Positions 53,893-64,000 of a stretch of 64,000 nt of DNA are shown in pieces. The position numbers and the translations under genes were made by a program. The DNA comes from Histomonas meleagridis 2922-C6/04-290x. Its lineage: Eukaryota > Protista > Parabasalia. The notes below the pieces were generated by a model. That model was not told the origin of the DNA. It did no database searches and worked only from the letters and a program-made list of their open reading frames with translations. The stretch lies in NCBI GenBank assembly GCA_020184695.1, contig JAANOX010000080.1:1-64000 (forward strand), given 5' to 3'. Every line of letters starts with the position of its first letter. The first letter of the stretch is position 1.

Positions 53893-55213
53893 TTATAAAT
53901 AATTCCTAAAGTATGCTGATATCTCTTTGTTTTCTTGTGCAAGCTGATATGGTGTTTTTCCTATTTTAAATTTGAATAAACAATGTTGAAAGGTTAAAAT
54001 TAACTTTAATGTTTGGGTCAGCTCCTTTACTTAAAAGAAATTTTACTATTTCTCTGTTTCCTGCTTTCACTGCATTGTGAAGTGGAGTATTACATCGAAA
54101 AATCAAATATTTTATTAAGTAAAAGTACATTATAAAAAGTATTGATAATTTATCTTCAAAATTTATATCAGAACCATATTCAATTAGTATCTCAATAACA
54201 TCAGTTTTTCTATTTTTTACTGCATAAAATAATGGTGTTTGAAATTCGATGATGAAATTCCAAATGAAGAAAAAATAAATAATCATCGAAAATAAAAAAG
54301 AAACTTCAATATTAGGATCAATTCCTGATTCAAGAAGTTTAATGACTATATCAATAACACCCTTTTCAGATGCCGTAAATAACAAATTTGATAAATTAGA
54401 TTCACAAACATTATTTTCGATAAGGAAATTCAAAATTTCAAATCGATCATAATCTAATGCAACATCAAATGCATTTTTATTAAATTTAATTAAACACCAT
54501 AAAGCAAACCAATTAAATTATATTTGTTAATGCTAATTTTGAACCTTTTTCAATTAGAAATTGGACTGTTTTCATATGATTTTCTTTAATTGCATAGTGA
54601 AGAGGTGTCGATAATAAATTAAAAATAAATTCCATCATTTGATTGAACATCAATTTCCATTTTGTTTTTTATAAGAAAATATATAATTTGTATATGTCCA
54701 TACATTGCAGCAAGATGCATTGGTGTTAATCCACTTTGAGTATAAATATTTCCTGCTTTATCATCAAGAGATTTAATACATGAACCCCATAACAATTTTA
54801 AAACAGTATATGATCCATATTGTGCTGCATAATGTATTGGTGTAAAAATAATTTAGAAGTAACACCAATAGAATCCCGTACATTAAAATTAACTCCCCTA
54901 TTTTCAAGAAGTGTATAAAATAATTGTGAATTAGAAGCAGCAATAAAATGTATTAAAAATCGAATATATATAAAAAAATATTTTTCTTATCAACAATATT
55001 AAGATTTGATCCATTAATCATCAAGTGTTTGAAACATTTTTCTGATTTATAATATGCTGCGAATGATATTAATGGTGGATCTGATTTTACAATTTCAGGA
55101 AAATTATCTTCTAAATTAGTTACTCTTGAATCATATGAAAGTCCCGAAGCTATTATTTCTTCCAACTCTTCAAGAGAATCTTCCATTAATATTGTTTCTA
55201 TTTTTTTCTTCAT
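53893..55213 (-). CDS. Ankyrin repeat protein of a different family; loops carry twelve 17-nt spacers and one 19-nt spacer (predicted 365 aa)
   Basis: TPIHYAA, TPLHYAI, TPLFYAV, TPLHNAV cores; 1321 - 204 - 19 = 1098 nt = 366 codons. Confidence 0.75.
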
Positions 55214-55275
55214 GGAATTTAATATTAAATTTTTTTAAAGGTTATTTTAAGCGACCGTTTATCAATAGCACACAT

Positions 55276-57516
55276 ATGACACAATCCTTTGAAGATTTCG
55301 TAAGCATATTAAGATTAGCAGAAAGTAAGCAAAAAGAAAAATCAATAATCTCAAAAGAGCAAGCTCAAATTCGGAATTACCTTCGAAACGTAAAAGATTA
55401 TTCATACATGCCAACAGTTGTTTCAAAATTAATTTATCTTGATATGGTTGGCTGTAATGTTTCATATGGACAAATGGATATCATAAACTTAATGGCAAAT
55501 GAAAGATTTAGTTATAAAAGGGTTGGTTATATTGCTGCTTCAGCACTTCTTGATCAAACGAATGAAGTCACTGTACTAGTCACGCAAAACCTTCTTAAAG
55601 ATATAGAATCAACAGATTTAAATGTTCAATGTTTAGCTCTAACATTTATTGCAAATTTAGGATCTCCAGAAGTTTGTCGTTCAGTTGCACCCAATGTTTC
55701 CCGTCTACTCAAGTCCACAGACATGCGAATTCTTAAAAGGGCAGGGATGGCAACAGTCAGCATAATTCGTCAAAATCCAGATATAGCTAATTCCTACAAG
55801 AACTCTGTTCAAGGTCTTTTAAATAGTAACAATCATGGTGCTGTTACTGCTGGAATAAATCTTGTAATCACAATGCTTCAAATTGAACCAAGACTTCGTA
55901 AATCTTGGGCAAGCTATACATCTTCTTTTGGGAAGATCCTTAAGTCATTAGTCAATAGCGGTCCTGTTATGGAGTTCGCGAAAAGCGGTTTTAACGATCC
56001 GATGATGCAAGTGAAGACGTTAAAGGTCATATCACTTATTGGGGCCAAAAACAACTCTGAGCTCGAGAACATTCTTCAGACCATTATATCCTCATGCTCA
56101 ACACGTAAGAACACAGGTAGATCAATATTATTCCAAACTGTTGAAACGATTTTTGCAATATCAAAAAAACCATCTCTTAGAGGTATAGCTTTAAATCAAG
56201 TTGGACGTCTTCTTAGTAGCAAAAAGCCTAATGTGGTATATTCGGCTCTTTCATTAATGGCTCGTATTCTTGGATCAAAACACGTACTTATTAAGAAAGG
56301 AAATGCTGACTCTATGGCAATCCAGAGGTACAAAGATGAAATAACGAAGTGTCTTAACCATAAAGATGCATCTATTCGTCGAAGAGCTTTAGATGTAATT
56401 TCATCATTAATTAACAAAGACAATGCCGACAAACTCATTCCTGAAATACTAATTTACATCAAGTTCCCAGATGCAGATTTTCGCCGTGAACTTGTTACGA
56501 AGATATATTATTCAATCCAAGAATTTGCCACAGATCCCAAATGGATCTTTGAAACGGTTCATCAAATTCTTGTTGAAAATGGGAATTATTGTTCATCTGA
56601 GATAATATCATCATTTTGTGAATTCATCATGAAATCACCCGAAATCTATACATTTGCGATCCATCACTTTTCATCCTCCTTAATGAACTATTGCGACAAT
56701 CAATCCTTATTGCAAGTGAGCTCTTTTGTCATCGGCGAGTTTTCAATGGAAGATGACGGTTCCTTTGAATCGCTCTCACAAATTTTGAATATGCCACAGA
56801 CAACTTTCGAAACCAAAATGTACATCATCATTGCAATTGCTAAGATGTCTACACGATTTAACAAGAAAGAATATGCTTATAATCTTTTTTCGGAACTTGT
56901 TAAGTCCAACAATTTAGAAATCCAACAACGGTCTGGTGAAATGATGAAACTTTTGACGCATACAGATGTGTGCGAAGAAATGCTTGCGCCCATAGCAGAT
57001 GCCACGAATGTTGAGATGCAAGCGACAACTGAAAACTCAAATAACAAAACACAAGTCGATGATATCCTTATGTCGATTATCAATGATTCGACACCACAAC
57101 AACAGCAACAAAGTAATAACAGCATTAATTTAATCGATGACCTGATTGGCGATTTACAGCCAAAGAAAAACGAGCCAACAATTGTCGCGAAGACTTCGGA
57201 CTTTGTCATTTGTGGACAGTCGAAAGTGAATCCGCAAAACCAAAATCAGATCGCAATACAACTCGTTGTGTACGCAGTGAACAACGCGCAACTTGACAAC
57301 TTCAGAACTGACTTCCAAGTGCCGAACGGATGGAGAATCAATGCGCAGCCAGCGAGCGCAGACACGGTGACGCGGTCCGAGCCCGTGACGCAAGTTGTGT
57401 ACCTGATGAACGAGAGCGGAGGCAAGTTCGAAATGAGGGTGAGGTGCAGATATAGAAGAGAGACGAATGAGGTGGAGGAGGTGCTGAGCGTAAGTGAATT
57501 ACCGAACTTGCAATGA
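55276..57516 (+). CDS. Adaptor complex large subunit, gamma-adaptin-like
   Basis: KRVGYIAASALLD, NDPMMQVKTL, IRRRALD, EIQQRSGEM and an ear domain; ATG at 55276. Confidence 0.85.
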   Translation: MTQSFEDFVSILRLAESKQKEKSIISKEQAQIRNYLRNVKDYSYMPTVVSKLIYLDMVGCNVSYGQMDIINLMANERFSYKRVGYIAASALLDQTNEVTVLVTQNLLKDIESTDLNVQCLALTFIANLGSPEVCRSVAPNVSRLLKSTDMRILKRAGMATVSIIRQNPDIANSYKNSVQGLLNSNNHGAVTAGINLVITMLQIEPRLRKSWASYTSSFGKILKSLVNSGPVMEFAKSGFNDPMMQVKTLKVISLIGAKNNSELENILQTIISSCSTRKNTGRSILFQTVETIFAISKKPSLRGIALNQVGRLLSSKKPNVVYSALSLMARILGSKHVLIKKGNADSMAIQRYKDEITKCLNHKDASIRRRALDVISSLINKDNADKLIPEILIYIKFPDADFRRELVTKIYYSIQEFATDPKWIFETVHQILVENGNYCSSEIISSFCEFIMKSPEIYTFAIHHFSSSLMNYCDNQSLLQVSSFVIGEFSMEDDGSFESLSQILNMPQTTFETKMYIIIAIAKMSTRFNKKEYAYNLFSELVKSNNLEIQQRSGEMMKLLTHTDVCEEMLAPIADATNVEMQATTENSNNKTQVDDILMSIINDSTPQQQQQSNNSINLIDDLIGDLQPKKNEPTIVAKTSDFVICGQSKVNPQNQNQIAIQLVVYAVNNAQLDNFRTDFQVPNGWRINAQPASADTVTRSEPVTQVVYLMNESGGKFEMRVRCRYRRETNEVEEVLSVSELPNLQ

Positions 57517-58637
57517 TTTGTTAAATGGCTGAAATTAATAAATAATAAAATTTTAATAAAATGTGTAATGTGATTTGTAATGTGAATGTTTTTGTGTTAG
57601 TGCAGAGCTAAGATGTAAGTGATGTATCATTGATTTGTTAGGTTTGGATAGTACAAATATTATCTAAATTAAATACAAGTTACTAAAAAGAATGATGTTG
57701 AATAATTACAAAAAAATAGTAGGAAATATCAATTATTATACTGTGATTCATTAATATTTAAAAATAATAATAAGTTTTTTTGATTCCGACTGAAATTTGC
57801 AACATAATGATTCATAACATATCAAATAATAGAAAAATAAAATCAAATAAACTTTAGTTACAGTGCAAACAAGACAAAATTCTACATTAAAATCACTAAC
57901 TTTATTTATGAAACTAATATTAATAATAACGTCGGATCTAAATGAATTATTCCAATTGATTTAAACTTATTCTCAGTTATTATATCATGTGATAGTCATG
58001 AAGAATATTCCATAAAGTCCGAGTTTAAATAATAAATCACCGAAGAAAACAATGTTTTGGGAAAAAATTAGATTCATTAATCAAATTAGGGATCATGCCA
58101 GAGCAACAAATTCGTGAAAATGGATTTTAACCATAAAATAAATACAAATTATACACTGTAGTAATAGCATAAATAAAAAAAATTAATTCCAACCAATCTC
58201 TTAATTTAAATTACCTATTTTAAAATAGGTGCTAAATTACGAGCGAATTCTGGTTTCAAATTAGAAAAAAAAATTAATTTGATATTTATATATGCAAGAT
58301 TCAAGACAAGACATTTTACCATCAAAGCCTCACACACCAGAAAAATAAGTTCAATAAAAATATGTTATTACCTGTTTACGGTATTATAATATTTTTTATC
58401 CCTCCAAAAAATATTGTTTTAAATTCTTTTACAAACTTCAGATCAAATTTCCATATGAGTCATAACCTTTTTCAGCACAGCTGATAACATTGAACTTACT
58501 TCATATTTTTGCATAAAAATTTAATAGCTTCAAAATAATTTATACAAATTTTATTCTAATAAAAACACATCACATTATTAAATTCGTTTCATTCATTCTG
58601 CTAACACAAAAAGTGCCATTGGGGTGCCCCTAATACA

Positions 58638-61600
58638 ATGGGTGATTCTTCTCTCAACATTGAACTTTACGGGCAAATTGGAATCGGCCGGAAGGATCAG
58701 CCGTATCAGCCCACTGTCACCTACAAGGGCCGGATCAAGCAGACGATAGAATTTGTTGCAGCCAAAAGCATCGACATCAAGCGGAAGGACGAAGTCTTCA
58801 ACTACGCCGAGATCGTGAAGCCTCTCGAGCACCCGAACGTTGTGAAGTTCCACCACTGGTACCAGACAGGGCACCACTTCTGGATCATTCAGGAGCTATG
58901 TCCGGGCGGGACATTGCTTGAGCTCCTTGATCAAGACAAGCGACTTCCGGAGTCCATAATCCGTATATTTGGTAGTGACATATTATCAGCTTTACTTTAC
59001 TTACATAAACACGGCATAATATATCGTGACTTACAACCACGGAATATTATGTTAGACGAATGTGGGTCTCTTAAACTCAATGACTTCACACATGCGGAAC
59101 GACTTGAGCGACCATTTGATCTTGAGAACATTGACCAAGAATTGACCGAATACATGGCGCCAGAACTATTCAATGAGCAAGGAGTCGCATCGTTTTCATC
59201 TGACCATTGGGCGCTCGGCTGTCTGTTATATCGGATGGCGTCGGGGACAACTCCGTTCCTGTCGACTTCGCAAGAGGAAATGCTTCTGAAAATCCACGAT
59301 TTCCAACCGCCGCATTTGAGTGGATATTCGGCCGAGTTCAATGACCTCATTCAACGGCTTCTTCAAAAGGACTGTTTCCAACGGATCAACTGGGAGCAGA
59401 TCATAGCGCACTCGTTCTGGAAGGACGTTATCCGTAACCGATCGAACTTTGATCCGACATTTAATAATTTTAATTTATCGCAGTTACCAATCGAGCCTCG
59501 GATCTCGAACAACAAAGTGTACAAGCCACTTGAGCGGAAAGCGAGCACGATCACCATCAATGTACCCAAAATTCCGAATGAGAATCAAACGCAAATATCG
59601 GGTAATAACTCGATTGAGAATTATATCCTTTCGTCGACATTACTAAGTCCGCAGCCATTAATCTTTAATCCGAATATTGAAGAGATATCATTACCACCAT
59701 TTGATCAATTTTTGAATGAGTTTCCGATCACTTCAATCCAATTAATATCGAAAGATATAAAAGAGAAACAAAACGCAATAAGTCAAATCTTAAGTACATT
59801 AAAGTCATCGAATATTCGACCGAAGAAGAAATTTCCATTTATATCATTTCTAATTAACCAAGCGAAGAATCCAGAGATATCGACGACATTAGCAACGTGT
59901 ACATTTTTTAAAGATTTGTTATTGATCGCACAAGATACTAAACATCCATCGTTAGTATCCGGATATTTATTATTATATTCGATGATTGTACATAACACGA
60001 AAACTATTTCAGCATCGAATTTAACAGAAGAAGCACTTTCACCTTTATCAATATTAATACATAAAAAAGAGAAAATTTCACGGAAAGTAATAATATGTAT
60101 TGGGGAAATCTCATTTTATATTGCGACATCGAATGATAAAACTTTAAAGTTCCCATTGTTCATAACAAATATTTTGTTTAATTCATTAAAAAGTAATGAT
60201 GAACCTTCACGTCATTATTCTATTAGAGCGATTACCAATTTATTAACAACGAAACGAAGTTTGGAATTATTTGATTTAAAGAATTTGGAAACAAATATCA
60301 TCAATTTTAATGTCGGTAATTCCCCATTAATGTTAGATACTTATGCGACTTGTTTATTTATGATATATAAGAATAATAATAATAAAACAAATTATGAAAA
60401 TAAAATACAATCATTAATCAAACAATTATTAGCTATTAATAGTTCAACTGCTCGAATTTTAGGTTTAATGTTAGCAACACTTGTAAATATGTTAAAGTTA
60501 TTTAAGAATGAAATCCAATCAATAATTAATACATCTGTAGGTGAATTAAGGAATAAATGTATATTAAGTTTATGTATTATTTATCAAGATGACTTAGAAA
60601 ACTTTGTAAATATTTCTCAAAAGTTTTATTCGACATTTGATAAAATAGAAAAAGAATCAATCGAAGTAACAAAAATTATATCAAAATGGAGTGCATTAAT
60701 ATCAAATAAAATTATTAATACACAATATAATTCTTATAAATTATATGAAATTATTTTGGACGCAATTTCTATTAAAAGTTGTTTAATCGAAATTTGGTCA
60801 AAGAAATTCGAAATGAAATTTAAAGAAATATTACATAATATACATTATGAATATTCTGATTGTGATAAGTTATTACAAATCATTGAAATCGTTTTATATA
60901 ATAATATTTGTGATTATTCTATAATCGTTGACTTAGATAAAGCTTTTGATTCACCTAAAGCAGATTTTCGATTTTTATCATTAAAAATTATTTCTAATAT
61001 TATTACGACATTAATAGAAATTCCAGATAATATAATTGATTTCATATCTAAAACTATAATTCCACGTTTAAATAACTTATTAAATGATGAAGAAATGATT
61101 GTTGATTTAACTATAAAAATATTATTAATTATAACAAATAATAATAAATCTAATTTCATCATAAATAAAATTTCAAACCCAATATATTTGCCATTAATAT
61201 TTAAAAGAATCTCCGAAAATAATTCATCCGCAATTTTATTAGTATCAAATATAATACAAAATGGGAATATAATGATCGATAACTTAATTAACGCTGGAAT
61301 TATAAACGTGTTAATGACTTCAATTAAGAAAAATTCAACAGCGTTAATAACAATTAGTTTGTTATATATGATATTCTTACCAATCGCTAAACAAATGACT
61401 GAGAATTCAGTACAAATTGAACCAATAATTAAGAAAATTTTACCTTTGGCTAAATTATCAATAAATTGCGTTGAATTAATACAAAAAAGTCCTAACGCAA
61501 ATACATGTTTAGCTTTGATTATACATATATTTACGCCTTTAAATAATAACGAGGAAATTCCTTACATAGAATGCTTCGATTTAATAGCAAAGAAATTGGA

Positions 61601-61820
61601 AAAGGTATACAATGATGATAAAAAAGGTGAAAAGTTCGTAATTGTGTTGAAAATGATCGAATGGGCCGCAAAAAGTTCCGGAGCCAGTGAAAAAGTGAAA
61701 AATGAATTGAAAAACTGTAAACGTTTGATTAATGTGTTAAGGAAAGCAAAAGATAATGGAATAAATGGACTGAAGGAAGTGTCCAACTTAATACTACAGC
61801 TCATAGATAACTGTAAATAA
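58638..61820 (+). CDS. ULK4: ULK4/RUNKEL-like kinase or pseudokinase with C-terminal HEAT repeats
   Basis: YKGRIKQTIEFVAAKS, HPNVVKFHHWYQTGHHFWIIQELCPGGTL, degenerate HRD/DFG (YRDLQPRN, NDF). Confidence 0.82.
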   Translation: MGDSSLNIELYGQIGIGRKDQPYQPTVTYKGRIKQTIEFVAAKSIDIKRKDEVFNYAEIVKPLEHPNVVKFHHWYQTGHHFWIIQELCPGGTLLELLDQDKRLPESIIRIFGSDILSALLYLHKHGIIYRDLQPRNIMLDECGSLKLNDFTHAERLERPFDLENIDQELTEYMAPELFNEQGVASFSSDHWALGCLLYRMASGTTPFLSTSQEEMLLKIHDFQPPHLSGYSAEFNDLIQRLLQKDCFQRINWEQIIAHSFWKDVIRNRSNFDPTFNNFNLSQLPIEPRISNNKVYKPLERKASTITINVPKIPNENQTQISGNNSIENYILSSTLLSPQPLIFNPNIEEISLPPFDQFLNEFPITSIQLISKDIKEKQNAISQILSTLKSSNIRPKKKFPFISFLINQAKNPEISTTLATCTFFKDLLLIAQDTKHPSLVSGYLLLYSMIVHNTKTISASNLTEEALSPLSILIHKKEKISRKVIICIGEISFYIATSNDKTLKFPLFITNILFNSLKSNDEPSRHYSIRAITNLLTTKRSLELFDLKNLETNIINFNVGNSPLMLDTYATCLFMIYKNNNNKTNYENKIQSLIKQLLAINSSTARILGLMLATLVNMLKLFKNEIQSIINTSVGELRNKCILSLCIIYQDDLENFVNISQKFYSTFDKIEKESIEVTKIISKWSALISNKIINTQYNSYKLYEIILDAISIKSCLIEIWSKKFEMKFKEILHNIHYEYSDCDKLLQIIEIVLYNNICDYSIIVDLDKAFDSPKADFRFLSLKIISNIITTLIEIPDNIIDFISKTIIPRLNNLLNDEEMIVDLTIKILLIITNNNKSNFIINKISNPIYLPLIFKRISENNSSAILLVSNIIQNGNIMIDNLINAGIINVLMTSIKKNSTALITISLLYMIFLPIAKQMTENSVQIEPIIKKILPLAKLSINCVELIQKSPNANTCLALIIHIFTPLNNNEEIPYIECFDLIAKKLEKVYNDDKKGEKFVIVLKMIEWAAKSSGASEKVKNELKNCKRLINVLRKAKDNGINGLKEVSNLILQLIDNCK

Positions 61821-61839
61821 ATGTAATGTAAACGCGTTT

Positions 61840-63999
61840 CTATTTCAGTTTGCGTGGTGTGTCGGGTAATGAGGGTATCACTGGTATTGCGATTTTGTTT
61901 CTGTTTGTAGTGCAAAGAGCAAATCCTCCGCCGACGAATCGAGAGTCAGTTCCTTTGAATGTTATAACTCTTTGATTTGATCTTTGTCCTATAGAAGTTT
62001 GAGCTCTAATTTTCACAATTTTCTTCATAGTTCTTTGTACGTCTGATTTCTCTTCTCGAGCTTTATTTCTTGCGGACATTACTTGTATCTTTTGTTCTAA
62101 TAATTTTGGTTGTTGACTTGATGCTTTATTTTGCATTTCTTCCAAAAGTTTGTTTTTATGTTTTAATAACTTCATTAAGTAATTCTTTTCTTGTGAATAT
62201 GAACCCATATAAGCGTTTTGTAAATGTTTTTGTTGTCGATCATTTTTCTTTTGGATTTCATTTTTTATATATTTTAATTTATCATATTTCACAATTAATA
62301 ACATTAATTTGTTTTTGATTGACATGTCCATTCTAATTAATTGCGCATGTTCAGGATTTGAACCTTCGATAATTCTCCAGCGATGTATATTACGTGGAGC
62401 TTCCATTTCATCTTCAAGAGATCGAATGATTCCTTGAGTTTTTAATATTTCTTTTTGTATTCGTACAATTTCATTTTTTAACATTTGGATATAAGGTTTA
62501 TTATCGAATAATTTCTTTTGTTGTTCAATTTCATTATAAAATATATTTTCTTTTTCTTTGATTTCAGTAATAATTTTATTATAATGATAAGAATTACGTT
62601 CGATAATTGATTTATAATTTAGAATTTTTTCATTTAATAATTGTAATTCTTTATCTTTGGTATCAAATGATTTATTAATTGTTCGATTACTATCTATGAT
62701 TGAATTTAAAATGTTTTGTTGCATAGTAATATCAAATTTACTTTCGGATAATAAATAAATTGCTTTTTGTATATGATTTTTAATTTCTGCAACTTTTTGT
62801 TCATTTTCTTCTAATTGTATTTTGATTTTTTCGATGTCTTCTTGAAGTTTTTCATTATTTTTAATTAATGTCTTTTGTTGACAATGTATTTCTATACATT
62901 GTTGATCTTTAATTCGAATTTCTTCTTTAAGACTATCAAGTTTTGTAACTAATGCTTTGTTATCAAGTTCAATTACATTATTTTCTTTAATAATACTTTG
63001 GTTTTGTCGACATAATATATCTCTTTCATTTTGTATCTTATCATTTAATGTTAATTGATTTGATACATTTTCTTTTAAATTATTTAACTTTAAATTTAAT
63101 TCAATGTTATTACGTTCATTAATTGATGTGTCATTAATTATTTGTAAATATAAATTTTTGTTTGTTATTGTTTGATTTCGATATTTTTCCATTTCTTCAT
63201 TATATTGTGTATATCTTTGTTTTGATTTTTGTATTACTTCTTTCATTGTTTCAATTTCTTTAGTGATAATATTCGATTGTTGTTTAGTAGAATCAACTTC
63301 ATAAGACTTTTGTTGTACTTTAACAGATAAGTCAAGAATTTGATGATTATTTTTATCGAGATTTATATGCGCCATATTTAATTTAAGTTTCGAGTTAATG
63401 TTTTTCGATGATTGTAAAATAATTTCTTGAGTTTTTTCTTTTAATATTTTATTTAATTCATTTTTTTGATTGATTATTTCTTCATGTGATTGTTTTATAT
63501 TATTTAATTCCATTTTATTGTTTTCGATTTCTTTGTCAAGTCTTTTGGATGTTCTTGTGATTTCTTTTAGTTCTTGTTCTCTTTGTTGAATAATTTCATT
63601 CATTTCATTGATTTTGTTTTTTGTTAATTCACTAATTTCAAATTTGTCTTCGAGAATTTTAGTTAACATTTCTTTGGATTGATTCGAATTATTTAAATCT
63701 TCTTTCGCTGATTTAATGTTCCGTTGTTCTTCATAATATTGACTATTAATTTCGGAGTTTGATATCATTTTCTTATTAATTTGTTGATTATTATTTGTGA
63801 TTTCATTATGAGTTTTTGTTGTGATTTCTCGAATATTAACAAAATCATTTGAAGTCGATTTAATTTGATTTTGAATTTCAAACATTAAATTTTGTTTATC
63901 TTTAAATTCATCTTCAAGTTCAACAATTGACTGTTGAAGTTTATTATTTTGTTCTTTTTGTTTTTGTGTATTTGTTAAAATTTCTTCTGTCCTAGATAA
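61840..63999 (-). CDS. CFAP58-like coiled-coil protein, 5' end outside the window
   Basis: Long coiled coil; NIHRWRIIEGSNPE and GGGF near the C-terminus; frame stays open to the window edge. Confidence 0.65.
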   Translation of the reverse strand, partial: LSRTEEILTNTQKQKEQNNKLQQSIVELEDEFKDKQNLMFEIQNQIKSTSNDFVNIREITTKTHNEITNNNQQINKKMISNSEINSQYYEEQRNIKSAKEDLNNSNQSKEMLTKILEDKFEISELTKNKINEMNEIIQQREQELKEITRTSKRLDKEIENNKMELNNIKQSHEEIINQKNELNKILKEKTQEIILQSSKNINSKLKLNMAHINLDKNNHQILDLSVKVQQKSYEVDSTKQQSNIITKEIETMKEVIQKSKQRYTQYNEEMEKYRNQTITNKNLYLQIINDTSINERNNIELNLKLNNLKENVSNQLTLNDKIQNERDILCRQNQSIIKENNVIELDNKALVTKLDSLKEEIRIKDQQCIEIHCQQKTLIKNNEKLQEDIEKIKIQLEENEQKVAEIKNHIQKAIYLLSESKFDITMQQNILNSIIDSNRTINKSFDTKDKELQLLNEKILNYKSIIERNSYHYNKIITEIKEKENIFYNEIEQQKKLFDNKPYIQMLKNEIVRIQKEILKTQGIIRSLEDEMEAPRNIHRWRIIEGSNPEHAQLIRMDMSIKNKLMLLIVKYDKLKYIKNEIQKKNDRQQKHLQNAYMGSYSQEKNYLMKLLKHKNKLLEEMQNKASSQQPKLLEQKIQVMSARNKAREEKSDVQRTMKKIVKIRAQTSIGQRSNQRVITFKGTDSRFVGGGFALCTTNRNKIAIPVIPSLPDTPRKLK

Positions 64000-64000
64000 C

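Noticed and set aside
54245-54290. 9-bp inverted repeat TTCGATGAT/ATCATCGAA and the TTTCAAAATAATATTTGGAAA hairpin as the excision signal
   Set aside because: They span retained codons and are not present in most spacers; the 17-nt rule explains the data better. A secondary role is not excluded.
58213-58230. Palindrome ACCTATTTTAAAATAGGT
   Set aside because: AT-rich and plausibly chance in this base composition.
371-62318. The many short overlapping or antisense ORFs in the six-frame track, including fragments inside the ankyrin arrays
   Set aside because: They are shadows of real genes or pieces of the punctuated ankyrin genes.

Overview
Gene-dense, AT-rich eukaryotic DNA. I infer a parabasalid (Tritrichomonas/Trichomonas-like) from the DUF3447-type ankyrin genes, BspA, a Myb factor, M2/M3/M5-like promoter motifs and the absence of visible canonical introns. 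Housekeeping genes include RPS5, a DOCK GEF, a cullin, Sec12, TANGO6, OLA1, PABP, centrin, V-ATPase H, CCT3, gamma-adaptin, ULK4 and a CFAP58-like gene. Accessory elements are an intact CRESS-virus-type Rep, a pogo-like DD35D transposase, a mariner inserted in an ankyrin gene and a 37-bp tandem array. Main result: four ankyrin genes that look like frameshifted pseudogenes decode into open proteins under one rule. In the D-x-x-G-x loop of each repeat, single codons are separated by T-rich spacers of 17 nt that lack GT-AG ends (about 115 spacers in this window). Removing them gives canonical loops such as DKYGY-TAL, NYHGD-TAL and DSDGE-TAL. For the three genes not broken by the transposon, the result is one continuous ORF; one spacer in the fourth gene is 19 nt. 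This implies a 17-nt micro-intron, bypass or editing system that I do not recognise from the literature. The mechanism cannot be determined from DNA alone.
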